A stretch of DNA of 56,678 nucleotides from Pseudomonadota bacterium (GCA_022566715.1 JADFIH010000003.1:1-56678); one strand, 5' to 3'; positions 27,547-36,828 are shown, numbered from the stretch's first letter. The notes: a model not told the origin generated them from the letters alone. Numbers and translations are program-made.

Positions 27547-28479
27547 GTGCGCCGCACCAGCCTCGACATGGTCTATGAGCTCGCCAAACAGGACGAGCGC
27601 GTGGTGTTCATCGGCTCCGACCTGGGGGCGGGAACGCTCGACGCCTTTCGCGACGAGATGCCGGACCGATTCTTTATGGAAGGCGTGTCCGAAGCCAACA
27701 TCATCGGCATGGCGGCGGGCCTCGCCATGGACGGCTTCATCCCCTACGTCAACACCATCGCCACCTTTCTGACCCGCCGCTGCTTCGAGCAGGTGGCCAT
27801 GGACCTGTGCCTGCATAACCTGCCGGTGCGTTTGATCGCCAACGGCGGAGGGCTGGTCTACGCGCCGCTCGGACCGACCCATCTCGCCATCGAGGACATG
27901 GCCATCATGCGCGCCCTGCCGCGGATGACCGTGGTGGCGCCCGCCGACAAGGAAGAAATGGCCCGCTTCATCCCCCTGACCCTCGATCTGCCGGGGCCGG
28001 TCTATATCCGGCTGGGCAAGGGCGGCGACCCCATCGTGTCGGACGAGCGCAAGGGGTTCACCGTCGGCAAGGCCATTCTCATGCGCGAGCCCGGCCGCGT
28101 GTTGCTGGTCAGTACGGGCGTGATGACGAACCGGGCGCTGACCGCGGCGGAACTCTTGAATGAGTCCGGTCTTGGCTGTGGCGTGCTTCATATGCACACC
28201 GTGAAGCCGCTCGACGATGAGGCCCTTCTCGATTTGGCGTCTCAGGTCGAGGCGATCGTGACCATTGAAGAGCATACCCTGGTCGGTGGCCTGGGAAGCG
28301 CGGTGCGCGATCTTCTTTGCGACCGCCTGGTTACCGCGGCGCCGCCGGTGCTGCGGCTCGGCATCCCCGACACCTTCCCCGACAAGTACGGTACGCAAGA
28401 CGACTTGCTGGCGTATTACGGCCTGCAGCCCGACGCGCTCGCCCATTCGATCCGCGAGTTCGCCGCCAAGGTCGGTTAG
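27547..28479 (+). CDS. Transketolase C-terminal (pyrimidine-binding) subunit
   Basis: GVSEANIIGMAAGLA, GPTHLAIED, PVYIRL, TIEEH...GGLGS. Confidence 0.93.
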   Translation: MRRTSLDMVYELAKQDERVVFIGSDLGAGTLDAFRDEMPDRFFMEGVSEANIIGMAAGLAMDGFIPYVNTIATFLTRRCFEQVAMDLCLHNLPVRLIANGGGLVYAPLGPTHLAIEDMAIMRALPRMTVVAPADKEEMARFIPLTLDLPGPVYIRLGKGGDPIVSDERKGFTVGKAILMREPGRVLLVSTGVMTNRALTAAELLNESGLGCGVLHMHTVKPLDDEALLDLASQVEAIVTIEEHTLVGGLGSAVRDLLCDRLVTAAPPVLRLGIPDTFPDKYGTQDDLLAYYGLQPDALAHSIREFAAKVG

Positions 28480-28486
28480 ACCGGGC

Positions 28487-29302
28487 ATGGCGGCGGCGGA
28501 GGCCTATTTCAGCGCGCACGACGCGGACCTCGCGGAACAGTTCCTCGCCGATGGTCATATCGTTTTTCCGGTTGAAGACCGGCCGGCGCTGGACCGGCTG
28601 CGCGGCGCCGTTGCCGGCCTGGCCGCCGAGCACCTTGGCGAAGGGCCCCCCCGTGAAGCAGGTGAATTTCTAAACACGATTCATGAGCGCGTGGGAGCCG
28701 GAAACCTCAACACCCTGCGCCTCGCCATTTTCAACGGCATCAACGACGAGGACTGGCTCCGGCCGGCCTATTTCGGACTGGCCCGTGGCGCCCTGGAAAC
28801 CCTTGTGGGAAACGAGCTGGCGATGCAGCGCCGCATCAATCTCAGCATTCAGCTGCCCAAGGACGATTCATCGCTGCTGCCGGTTCATGCCGATGTCTGG
28901 AGCGGCGATTCGCCCTTCGAGGTGGTGGTCTGGCTGCCGCTGGTCGATTGCTACGCCACCAAGTCGATGTTTTTGCTGCCTCCCGAAGCGAACCGGGAGG
29001 CGGAAGCGCGGCTGGGCGAGTTCAGCGGGCGCAGCGCCGAGGACCTGTTCCGGTCCATCGAGCCCGACGTGGAATGGCTCGATATTCCCTACGGCAAGGT
29101 GCTGCTGTTCTCGCAAAACCTGATGCACGGCAACCGCATCAACCAGGAACCGGAGACGCGCTGGACCATGAACTGCCGTTTCAAATCGTTGTTCTCGCCC
29201 TACGCCGAGAAGCGTTTGGGCGAGTTCTTCGAGCCCATCACCATCCGGCCCGCCACGCGGCTCGGCATGGCGTACCGGCTGCCCGGCGGGTTCAAGGAGT
29301 AG
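28487..29302 (+). CDS. 2OG-Fe(II) oxygenase of the 'sporadic carbohydrate cluster' type
   Basis: HxD (PVHADVWSGDSPFE), distal His (LMHGN), RWTMNCRFK; adjacent to a LIC12192-like gene. Confidence 0.8.
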   Translation: MAAAEAYFSAHDADLAEQFLADGHIVFPVEDRPALDRLRGAVAGLAAEHLGEGPPREAGEFLNTIHERVGAGNLNTLRLAIFNGINDEDWLRPAYFGLARGALETLVGNELAMQRRINLSIQLPKDDSSLLPVHADVWSGDSPFEVVVWLPLVDCYATKSMFLLPPEANREAEARLGEFSGRSAEDLFRSIEPDVEWLDIPYGKVLLFSQNLMHGNRINQEPETRWTMNCRFKSLFSPYAEKRLGEFFEPITIRPATRLGMAYRLPGGFKE

Positions 29303-29306
29303 CCGG

Positions 29307-29720
29307 GTGGACGATGTGCGGACCAGTCTGGGTTACCGGGGCTACATCGCGAGCCGTCCGGTGCGCGGCGCCTCCACGCCGCAGCACGTTCAGAACCTCG
29401 TCATTCGCGACTATGCGGCGCGCAATGGGCTCGACTTCAAACTGTCGGCGACCGAGTACGCCATGGACGGCTGTTACCTGATGCTCGAATCGGTTCTGGA
29501 CGACCTGGCCAACCTCGACGGCATCATTCTCTACAGCGTTTTCATGCTGCCCCGGGACCCGGCCCGCCGCAACGCGGTCTATCGCAGCGTGCTCGACTCG
29601 GCGAAGACCCTCCACGGCGCGCTCGAAAATCTTCAACTCGGCGACGGCGGCGACGTGAAACGCCTTGAGGACATTTTCCTCGTCGCCCAGTTCGTGCCCT
29701 CCACGGCGCCGAGCTTCTGA
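29307..29720 (+). CDS. Sporadic carbohydrate cluster protein (LIC12192-like family)
   Basis: GYRGYIASRP...PQHVQNLVIRDY...LSATEYAM pattern. Confidence 0.75.
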   Translation: MDDVRTSLGYRGYIASRPVRGASTPQHVQNLVIRDYAARNGLDFKLSATEYAMDGCYLMLESVLDDLANLDGIILYSVFMLPRDPARRNAVYRSVLDSAKTLHGALENLQLGDGGDVKRLEDIFLVAQFVPSTAPSF

Positions 29721-29724
29721 GCCC

Positions 29725-30387
29725 ATGGCCTACATCGATTTCATCGGGCGGCTGCACACGGCGACCAAGCGCGATTATCTGGAGCGTGTGACCGCGCACG
29801 ACAAAGCGGAGTGCGCGGAGGTCGCTTGCAAGTTCGGCAAGGACTATTGGGACGGCGACCGCAGGTTTGGTTTCGGCGGCTATACGTACGATGGCCGATG
29901 GCTGAAGGTCGCCGAGGCCATGGCCGAGCACTATGGACTGAAACCCGGCGCGCGTATTCTCGATGTGGGGTGCGGCAAGGGATTTCTGCTTTACGAGTTC
30001 ACCCGCGTGGTCGCCGGCGCGGACGTGCACGGCATCGACATCTCGGCTTACGCCCTCGAGCACGCCAAGGAAGAGGTGAGGCCAAACCTCACCGAGGGCT
30101 CGGCGACGGAGCTGCCATTCGACGCGGATAGCTTCGATTTCGTGTTTTCGATCAATACCTTACACAATTTTTACAACCATGACCTTCACCGCGCGGCGGC
30201 GGAGATCGAACGAGTCGGCAAGGGCGCGGCGCACATCTCGATCGAGTCCTACCGCAACGAGCGGGAAAAGATGAATCTCCTTTATTGGCAACTCACCTGC
30301 CGCGCCTTCTTGACGCCGCGGGAATGGGAGTGGGCGTTCGCGCAGGCAGGATATACGGGGGACTATGGCTGCATCTTTTTTGAGTAA
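29725..30387 (+). CDS. Class I SAM-dependent methyltransferase
   Basis: ILDVGCGKG, GIDIS, LPFDADSFDFVFSINTLHN. Confidence 0.9.
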   Translation: MAYIDFIGRLHTATKRDYLERVTAHDKAECAEVACKFGKDYWDGDRRFGFGGYTYDGRWLKVAEAMAEHYGLKPGARILDVGCGKGFLLYEFTRVVAGADVHGIDISAYALEHAKEEVRPNLTEGSATELPFDADSFDFVFSINTLHNFYNHDLHRAAAEIERVGKGAAHISIESYRNEREKMNLLYWQLTCRAFLTPREWEWAFAQAGYTGDYGCIFFE

Positions 30388-31090
30388 GTTTCGCGCCGCG
30401 CCGGTTCGATCGCCAGGGCAGTCGAAGGAGCCGCAATATCAGGACGCCTTCGAACTTGCCGCGAAGCAGGGCCTGACCAGCCTTGGCTTGATGACCAATC
30501 AGGTTTGGCACGATGACCCACGCCGTCTGGGCATCGTTCTCGCGCGCTACAAGTTCACCGCCAAAATGTTGAGCGGTGCCCGGCGCGTCCTCGAAGTCGG
30601 CTGCGCCGACGCGTTCGGCACGCGGATCGTTCAGCAGGAAGTGGGGGTGGTGACAGCGTTGGACTTCGATCCCGCGTTCATCGCCGACATCGAACGCCGC
30701 AAGGACCCGTCCTGGCCCATGGAGACCGCCCTGCACGACATGCTCGATGGGCCCTTCGGCGGAGATTTCGACGCCGCCTACAGCCTCGATGTGCTGGAGC
30801 ACGTCGATCGCTCCAGCGAGACCGCGTTCATCGGCAACCTGACGCGCTCGCTGACGCAGCACGGCGTCCTCATAATCGGAACGCCCAGCTTGTCGTCCCA
30901 GGCCCATGCCTCGCCCGCCAGCAAGGAGGGGCACGTCAACTGCAAGAGCGCCGAGACCTTGAAGACGCTTCTGCAGGAGTTCTTCCAAAACGTGTTCATC
31001 TTCTCGATGAACGACGAAGTCGTGCACACGGGGTTCTACCCGATGGCGCATTACTACTTCGCCCTGTGTTGCGCGCCGAAGGAGCGTTGA
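30365..31090 (+). CDS. Class I SAM-dependent methyltransferase
   Basis: VLEVGCADAFG, FDAAYSLDVLEHV, IIGTP. Confidence 0.88.
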   Translation: MAASFLSKFRAAPVRSPGQSKEPQYQDAFELAAKQGLTSLGLMTNQVWHDDPRRLGIVLARYKFTAKMLSGARRVLEVGCADAFGTRIVQQEVGVVTALDFDPAFIADIERRKDPSWPMETALHDMLDGPFGGDFDAAYSLDVLEHVDRSSETAFIGNLTRSLTQHGVLIIGTPSLSSQAHASPASKEGHVNCKSAETLKTLLQEFFQNVFIFSMNDEVVHTGFYPMAHYYFALCCAPKER

Positions 31091-31091
31091 T

Positions 31092-31982
31092 GTGCCCCTG
31101 CCCGGGAGCGTCCTGGTCGTTGGCGCCGACGGCCTGATCGGGGCCGCGTTGGTTCGCCGCCTAAGCCGCGGCGGTTCGCGCGTTCTTTCGACCAGCCGCC
31201 GCGCCGCGTCCCATGCCACGTTTCAGGTGGACCTCGCGGCGCCCGGCGCATGGCCCGCCCTGCCCAAGGTCGATGCGGCCGTCCTGTGCGCGGGCAATAC
31301 CTCGATCAGCGCCTGCGCGGAGAACCCCGCCGCCAGCGCCGCCGTTAACGTGACCGGTCTGTCGGCGCTCGCCGACCGGCTGGCGGCGCAAGCGGACATG
31401 GTGCTGCTGCTTTCCAGCAACCAGGTTTTCGACGGCGGCGTCCCCCGGCGCGGCCGCGCGGACGGGACCTGTCCCGTTTGCCAATATGGCCGCCAGAAGG
31501 CCGCCGCCGAGGCCCATGTTCTTGGTTTGAGGGGCGGCGCGGTGCTGCGGCTGACCAAGGTTTTGACGCCGGATCTTGCGCTGCTTACCGGCTGGTGCGC
31601 GGACCTCGCGGCGGGCCGGCCGGTGACCCCCTTCGACAACTTTCCCCTGGCGCCGGTGACGCTGGACTTCGCCGTCGATACTATCGTCGACATACTTTCG
31701 CGGGGCCAGCCCGGCGTTTACCAGGCCTCGGGCGCGGATGATCTCACCTACGCCGACCTTGCGCGCGCCCTGGCCGGGCATGTAGGCGCCGACCCCGGAC
31801 TGGTCACTCCGGTGCAAGCAGTCGCGGCCGGGCTCGGCTTCGAGCGGCTGCCCCGCTATTCTACTCTCGAGATGGAGCTGGAGGAGGCGCGGTTCGGGCG
31901 GGCCGCGCCGGCGTCAGACAGCGTCCTTGAGGAGGTGATCCGGCCGATCGTCCTCACGGGCCGCGCCGTGGCGCACGGGTAG
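31092..31982 (+). CDS. RmlD-like NDP-4-keto-sugar reductase (SDR)
   Basis: VVGADGLIG, SSNQVFDG, YGRQK (YxxxK). Confidence 0.82.
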   Translation: MPLPGSVLVVGADGLIGAALVRRLSRGGSRVLSTSRRAASHATFQVDLAAPGAWPALPKVDAAVLCAGNTSISACAENPAASAAVNVTGLSALADRLAAQADMVLLLSSNQVFDGGVPRRGRADGTCPVCQYGRQKAAAEAHVLGLRGGAVLRLTKVLTPDLALLTGWCADLAAGRPVTPFDNFPLAPVTLDFAVDTIVDILSRGQPGVYQASGADDLTYADLARALAGHVGADPGLVTPVQAVAAGLGFERLPRYSTLEMELEEARFGRAAPASDSVLEEVIRPIVLTGRAVAHG

Positions 31983-34904
31983 CGCCGGCACCTCGATCGT
32001 GCGCGGCGGGTTCCCCGCGAGATAGTTTTCCATCATCAGCTCGAAACCCGATTCGAGATGGCCGGTTAAACGCCCAATATCGAACAGCGGATGAGTGTCG
32101 CGGTTGGCCTGCAGCTTGGCCTTGAGCGCGGCGAGCTCGGCGGGATTTCGGGCCAGCGAAAGCGCTTTCGATTCGTATTCGGTCATGGAATAGGTGGTGA
32201 GCTCGGGCGCGCCGATGGCGCTGACCAGACTTGCGCCGTTGCGCGCGGGCGGCGCATCACCCCAGAGAGTTAGGACCGGCACCCCCACCCACAGGGCGTC
32301 CGTCGTCGTCACGCCGCCGCCGTGGAAAAGATTGTCCAGGCAGAGATCCACGTGGTGAATCCGCGCCAAGTGATTCGGGTGGAGGATCGTGTTCGCGAAA
32401 CACAAGCGTGCGGGATCGACGCCACGCTTCTTGGCTTCCAAACGGAGGTTCTTGCGGCTTGTCTTGGTACCGCCCATGAACCAAATGAGACTGCCCGGAA
32501 CCTGACGCAGAAGGCGCATCCAGATGTCGAACATCGTCGGATAGAACTTGTAGTGCGAATTGAAGTTTGCAAAGACAAAACCCTCTTCCGGCAAGCCCGC
32601 TTCCACGCGGCTTACCGGCTCGGCGATATGCTCGTGCTGCGAGGTCGCCATGAAGGTGTCGGGAAGGTAGACGAGCTTTTCCGAACAGTACTTTTGGTCT
32701 TCGGGCGGTAACTGGATCTTGTCGGTAATGAGGTAATCGATGTAATCCGCTCCGGTCGTTGAGGAAAAGCCCAGCCAATGCGCTTGAATGGGGGCGGGCC
32801 TAAACGCAAATACTTCATACCGGCCCCCACGCGTGTGGCCCGCCAGATCGACCAAGATGTCGACGCCGTTCCCGTGGATCGTGTCCGCGGCTTTCGTATG
32901 GGTCATGTTGGTGATGTCGATATATTTGTCGAAAGTGGCCTGGAAAAAACTGGTCAGGCCGTCCTCGCCGTAGGTCGTAATGGCGTAGGCCTGGTATTCA
33001 AACCTATCGGTGTTCCGTGCCCCGAGCACCGACTTGAACGCGACCGCGACGCTGTGGAAACGGAAGTCCGGGGACATGAAGCCGACCGTGATTTTTTTCC
33101 CGCGCCGCCGCCGAAATTTGTAGGGTGGCCGTGCTTTCTTCTGCTCCTCGACCTTTTCTTGGGCGCGCTTCGAAATCTGACGCGCGGCGCCGAGCTTTAG
33201 CTCCGGAGTCGCCGGGAGACTTTGAAGACCAAAGGCCGAAACGGCGACTTCCTCGCCGCGGATAACCTGCAACTCCGCGTTGGTGAGGACCTTGCTGATG
33301 ATTGCGTCAAGGTTTGTCCAACTGCACTGTTGCATCAATCCGTGCGCCAAGTAGGGATAGACCACGTCGTAGTGTTCCCTCTGGGAGAGCGCCTTTTTGA
33401 ACACCACGACCGATTCGTCGAACCGGCTCATGAGTTGGAGCAACGTGCCCAGGTTAAAATACACCTCGGTCAACTCAGGGTGGTTGTCCAGAATATCCTG
33501 ATAGGCCTTGATCGCCTTGGCATGCTGACCGGTGTCCTGGTAGGAGATGGCGAGGTTGTTCAGCGCATGCGCGTAGTGCGGCTTGATCTCCACGGCCTTC
33601 TCAAAGGCGTCGATGGCCTTTTCATGCTCGTTGTAGGCTTGGTAGGACAGGCCGATTCCGTTGTATGCCGAATAAAGCGCGGGATTTTTCTGCAGCGCCT
33701 TTTCGAACCACTGCAATGCTTCGTCGAGCCGGTCCATGGCGCGCAAGACGTTGCCAAGGTTGATCATCGCGACGTCGAGTTTCGGGTCGATCTCGGCCGC
33801 CCGCCGATATGCGTCGAGGGCCTCTTCTTGTTTTTTTAAAGCGGCATAGGAGTTTCCCAGGTTGTTCCAGGCATGGGCGGATTCCGGATTGACCTCGATG
33901 GCCTTGTTCAGGGCCTCGATTGCCTCGTCTTGCCGGTCGAGGCTTTGCAGTGCGTTTCCAAGGTTGTTGTAGGCCTCGGAAATATCGCCATGCAGCGTCA
34001 GCGCGTGCTCGAAGTGGGTTATGGCCTGTTCTGCTTCCTTCTTGGCGAGGCACAGGTTTCCGTAGTGAAACGCCACTTCCACGTCATCCGGACGCAATTC
34101 CTTGCAGCGCGCGAGGCGTTCCTCGGCTTCCTCGTACTCCCCGGTTCCGGTGAGCAGCCGGGCCAGGTGGGTCAGGGCCCCGAAGTGGTCAGGATCGAGG
34201 GCAACGACCTTCCGGAAATGATCTATCGCCTCGTCCTGCTTTGCGAGCTTTTCCAGAACGGTGCCAAAGTTACAGTGGACAGCGGCATTGTTGGGATCGA
34301 TGGAAATGGAGTGGCGGTAACTTTCGGCCGCGCCCTTGTAGTCCCCGTTGTTGAAGAGCACGCCCGCCAGGTTGTCGTGGACCTGGGCGCTTCGAGGATC
34401 GTGCTCTGCCGCGGTCGTAAAGGCCGCAACGGCGTCGGCCGTCCGGTCAAGGCCCGCAAGCGCGGCACCCAGGGCCGAATGGGCATGAGCAATCCGTGGG
34501 TTGATGTCGACGCCGCGGGATAGGGACTCAACGGCCTTCTCAAGTTCCCCCTTCGAGAGGTAAAGATTGCCAAGATTGACGTGCGCTTCGGCCAGCCGAG
34601 GGTCCAGGTCCAGTGCTGCCCGGTAGTAGTCCACCGCCTCCTCGAGGCGATTCTGGGTCTGCATGAGATTGCCCAGGTTCGAACGAACCGCAGCATCGGC
34701 GGGCTCGAGTTCGGCCGAACGCTTATAGTATTGCTCCGCTTCCTCGAACCGTTCCTGAGCGGCGACGAGGGCGCCCAGGTTCAGGAGTGCGCTGGTGTCT
34801 TCGGGAGCCGCCTTAAGGACCGCCAAGTAAGTCTTCTCGGCTTCGTCCGCCCGGCCCGCACGATGGTGTTGAAGCGCGAGCGCCAGGGAGTCGGTGGCGC
34901 GCAT
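31914..34904 (-). CDS. TPR-repeat protein O-glycosyltransferase, GT41 (OGT/SPINDLY-like); candidate flagellin glycosyltransferase
   Basis: ~520 aa of TPR repeats (A-x-x-NLG...A...Y..AL...P) then GFMSPDFRFHSV, DILVDLAGHT, PAPIQAHWLG, FANFN.xYK, GGGVTTTDALWVGVPVLT. Confidence 0.88.
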   Translation of the reverse strand: MRATDSLALALQHHRAGRADEAEKTYLAVLKAAPEDTSALLNLGALVAAQERFEEAEQYYKRSAELEPADAAVRSNLGNLMQTQNRLEEAVDYYRAALDLDPRLAEAHVNLGNLYLSKGELEKAVESLSRGVDINPRIAHAHSALGAALAGLDRTADAVAAFTTAAEHDPRSAQVHDNLAGVLFNNGDYKGAAESYRHSISIDPNNAAVHCNFGTVLEKLAKQDEAIDHFRKVVALDPDHFGALTHLARLLTGTGEYEEAEERLARCKELRPDDVEVAFHYGNLCLAKKEAEQAITHFEHALTLHGDISEAYNNLGNALQSLDRQDEAIEALNKAIEVNPESAHAWNNLGNSYAALKKQEEALDAYRRAAEIDPKLDVAMINLGNVLRAMDRLDEALQWFEKALQKNPALYSAYNGIGLSYQAYNEHEKAIDAFEKAVEIKPHYAHALNNLAISYQDTGQHAKAIKAYQDILDNHPELTEVYFNLGTLLQLMSRFDESVVVFKKALSQREHYDVVYPYLAHGLMQQCSWTNLDAIISKVLTNAELQVIRGEEVAVSAFGLQSLPATPELKLGAARQISKRAQEKVEEQKKARPPYKFRRRRGKKITVGFMSPDFRFHSVAVAFKSVLGARNTDRFEYQAYAITTYGEDGLTSFFQATFDKYIDITNMTHTKAADTIHGNGVDILVDLAGHTRGGRYEVFAFRPAPIQAHWLGFSSTTGADYIDYLITDKIQLPPEDQKYCSEKLVYLPDTFMATSQHEHIAEPVSRVEAGLPEEGFVFANFNSHYKFYPTMFDIWMRLLRQVPGSLIWFMGGTKTSRKNLRLEAKKRGVDPARLCFANTILHPNHLARIHHVDLCLDNLFHGGGVTTTDALWVGVPVLTLWGDAPPARNGASLVSAIGAPELTTYSMTEYESKALSLARNPAELAALKAKLQANRDTHPLFDIGRLTGHLESGFELMMENYLAGNPPRTIEVPALPVRHGAAREDDRPDHLLKDAV

Positions 34905-34927
34905 AGGCCGGTTCTAGGGTGCCGTGG

Positions 34928-34942
34928 TTAAGGATCGGTAAT
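34928..34942. promoter_or_regulatory. Degenerate CtrA box upstream of the GT41 gene
   Basis: TTAA-GGATCGG-TAAT, 24 nt upstream of the start codon. Confidence 0.45.
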
Positions 34943-34982
34943 GAACCACGCCGCGCGGGTTCTCGCCGGGGCCTGCCCGGAA

Positions 34983-35145
34983 GGCATAAAATTCCCGGCA
35001 AATCTTGCTTAAATCGGAACAATTTCCCCCATTTCGCGGGACGGCGCTCGGGACCATCTGGCTTGATGTGACAGAAATACTATAATAATATCAACGGATT
35101 ATATCAGTTTTCTCGCCCATTAGATGGACTGGCACAGGCGTTGCG
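34983..35145 (+). promoter_or_regulatory. Flagellin 1 promoter: ftr-like sites + IHF site + sigma54 box
   Basis: ftr-like 13-mers at 34983, 34997, 35016; perfect IHF WATCAANNNNTTR (TATCAACGGATTA, 35089-35101); TGGCACAGGCGTTGCG at 35130-35145. Confidence 0.85.
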
Positions 35146-35203
35146 CTAAGGGGAGTATCCGAAACCCTAGGCTGTGAGCCACCTCGCGAAGAGGAGATAG
35201 AAA

Positions 35204-36019
35204 ATGGTTTTGTCAGTTAACACAAATGTCGGGGCGATGGTGGCCCTGCAGAATCTCAACATCACGAATAAATTGCTGGAGAAAACCCAGCTCAGGATTA
35301 CCACAGGCCTGAAAATCAACGGGCCCAAGGACGACGCGGCGACTTATGCCATCGCGCAAAACATGCGTGGCGATATCGGGTCGTTCCGGGCCGTGAGAAT
35401 CGCTTTGTCGGCGGGTGAGTCCACGGTCAACGTGGCGATCAGCGCCGCCAAGTCCATTTCCGACCTGATGATCGAGATGAAGGCCAAGGTGGTGCAGTCC
35501 AACCAGGCAGGTCTCGACAGCCAGTCGCGGACCGCGTTGCACAACGACTTCAAAGCGTTACGGGACCAGATCGACACGATTGTCCAGACCGCCAAGTTCA
35601 ACGGCAAGAATCTCATCGAGATCAGCGCCACCAACATGACGGTTCTGAGCACGGTCGACGGCAGCACGATTACCGTCAGTGCACAGAGTATGGATACCAC
35701 GACGCTCGCCATCAACACGTCGATTTTGACGAGCAGTTCGGGCGCCGCGAGCGCGCTGACCGCGATCAATACGGCCATGACGCTTGTCACCGACAAGCTC
35801 GCGGCTCTTGGTTCTTCGGCCAAGCGTATCGAAGTTCAGTCCGACTTCACCGTCAAGCTGGTGGACATCCTCAGGGCAGGCGTGGGCAACCTCGTCGATG
35901 CGGACTTGGCGGAAGAGAGCGCTAGTTTGCAGGCCTTGCAGATCAAGCAGCAGCTTGGCATTCAGGCGCTGGCCATCGCCAACTCGGGCCCGCAGAATAT
36001 TCTCGCGCTCTTCCAATAG
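35204..36019 (+). CDS. fliC: Flagellin 1 (271 aa, minimal D0/D1 type)
   Basis: SVNTNVGAMVALQNL, RITTGLKINGPKDDAA, C-terminal GVGNLVDADLAEESA.LQALQIKQQLG.QAL.IAN. Confidence 0.96.
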   Translation: MVLSVNTNVGAMVALQNLNITNKLLEKTQLRITTGLKINGPKDDAATYAIAQNMRGDIGSFRAVRIALSAGESTVNVAISAAKSISDLMIEMKAKVVQSNQAGLDSQSRTALHNDFKALRDQIDTIVQTAKFNGKNLIEISATNMTVLSTVDGSTITVSAQSMDTTTLAINTSILTSSSGAASALTAINTAMTLVTDKLAALGSSAKRIEVQSDFTVKLVDILRAGVGNLVDADLAEESASLQALQIKQQLGIQALAIANSGPQNILALFQ

Positions 36020-36033
36020 TCTCGAGATAGGAG

Positions 36034-36055
36034 TGGGGCCAGGTAACTGGCCCCA
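36034..36055 (+). other. 9-bp stem with GTAA tetraloop between flagellin 1 and flbT (no U tract)
   Basis: TGGGGCCAG-GTAA-CTGGCCCCA. Confidence 0.7.
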
Positions 36056-36063
36056 TAAGACCA

Positions 36064-36456
36064 ATGCCATTGAAAGTAACTTTGAAGCCCCGCGAAAGGT
36101 TCGTCCTGAATGGCGGCGTCTTGGTGAACGGCAACCGGCGTACCGATCTCATCATCGAGAATCAGGTGTCCCTTCTTCGCGAGCGCGACATCCTGCATCC
36201 CGACGAGGCCAATACGCCCGTTCGCCGCATCTACTTCGCCATCATGATGATGTACCTGGAAGAGGCGCTCGAAAGCCCGTTCTACCAGGAGTTCGTCGAC
36301 CGCATCACCGAATTCATGTGCGTCGTTACAAGTAAGGAAATACTCGGCAAGTGCCACCAGATCTTGGACGACGTTCATGAGCAGCGGTTCTATTCGGCCC
36401 TCATGACGTGCAAAACGCTTCTGCCCTTTGAAAAAGAGAGGTTGGAAAATGTCTGA
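36064..36456 (+). CDS. flbT: Flagellin post-transcriptional regulator FlbT, copy 1
   Basis: MPLKVTLKPRERFVLNGGVLVNGNRR...LRERDIL..DEANTPVRRIYF...FYSAL...LLPFE. Confidence 0.93.
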   Translation: MPLKVTLKPRERFVLNGGVLVNGNRRTDLIIENQVSLLRERDILHPDEANTPVRRIYFAIMMMYLEEALESPFYQEFVDRITEFMCVVTSKEILGKCHQILDDVHEQRFYSALMTCKTLLPFEKERLENV

Positions 36457-36781
36457 AGCAGCCGTCGCCATGCAGAGCGACCCCCGCGGCACGGAGTACA
36501 AAGTCTTCGATCGCGTCACCAAGGCCCTGTCGTCGTCCAAGGACAAAGCTCTGGACGACAAGGACTATCTGGAAGCCCTCGATACGAATCGCCGCCTGTG
36601 GCAGGCCCTCGAAGTCGATGTCTCCTCCACCGAAAACGTCCTCCCCGACCAGTTGAAAGCAAAGATCATTTCGCTGGCGATCTGGGTCGACAAGCACTCC
36701 GCCAAGGTGACCCGCGGCGAAGCCAAGCTCCAACCCCTGATCACGGTTAACCAAGCGATCATGGAGGGCCTCGCGGCCTAG
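36449..36781 (+). CDS. flaF: Flagellar biosynthesis regulator FlaF, copy 1
   Basis: DPRGTEY, NRRLW, N.LPDQLKAKIISLAIWV, PLITVNQAIMEGL; overlaps flbT stop. Confidence 0.92.
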   Translation: MSEAAVAMQSDPRGTEYKVFDRVTKALSSSKDKALDDKDYLEALDTNRRLWQALEVDVSSTENVLPDQLKAKIISLAIWVDKHSAKVTRGEAKLQPLITVNQAIMEGLAA

Positions 36782-36791
36782 CCAAAGATCT

Positions 36792-36828
36792 GGTGGGGCC
36801 GGACGCTCTCCGGCCCCCCACCCTTTTT
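36792..36828 (+). terminator. Rho-independent terminator after flaF1
   Basis: GGTGGGGCCGGA...TCCGGCCCCCCACC followed by CTTTTT. Confidence 0.7.

Noticed and set aside
26687-28479. Frameshifted (pseudogene) transketolase
   Set aside because: Both halves are complete domains with own start/stop 2 nt apart, the usual split form in sugar-biosynthesis clusters.
31914-34904. Naming the TPR glycosyltransferase flmG/flbA
   Set aside because: Position is analogous, but the catalytic domain carries GT41 (OGT/SPINDLY) motifs, so orthology cannot be claimed from sequence alone.
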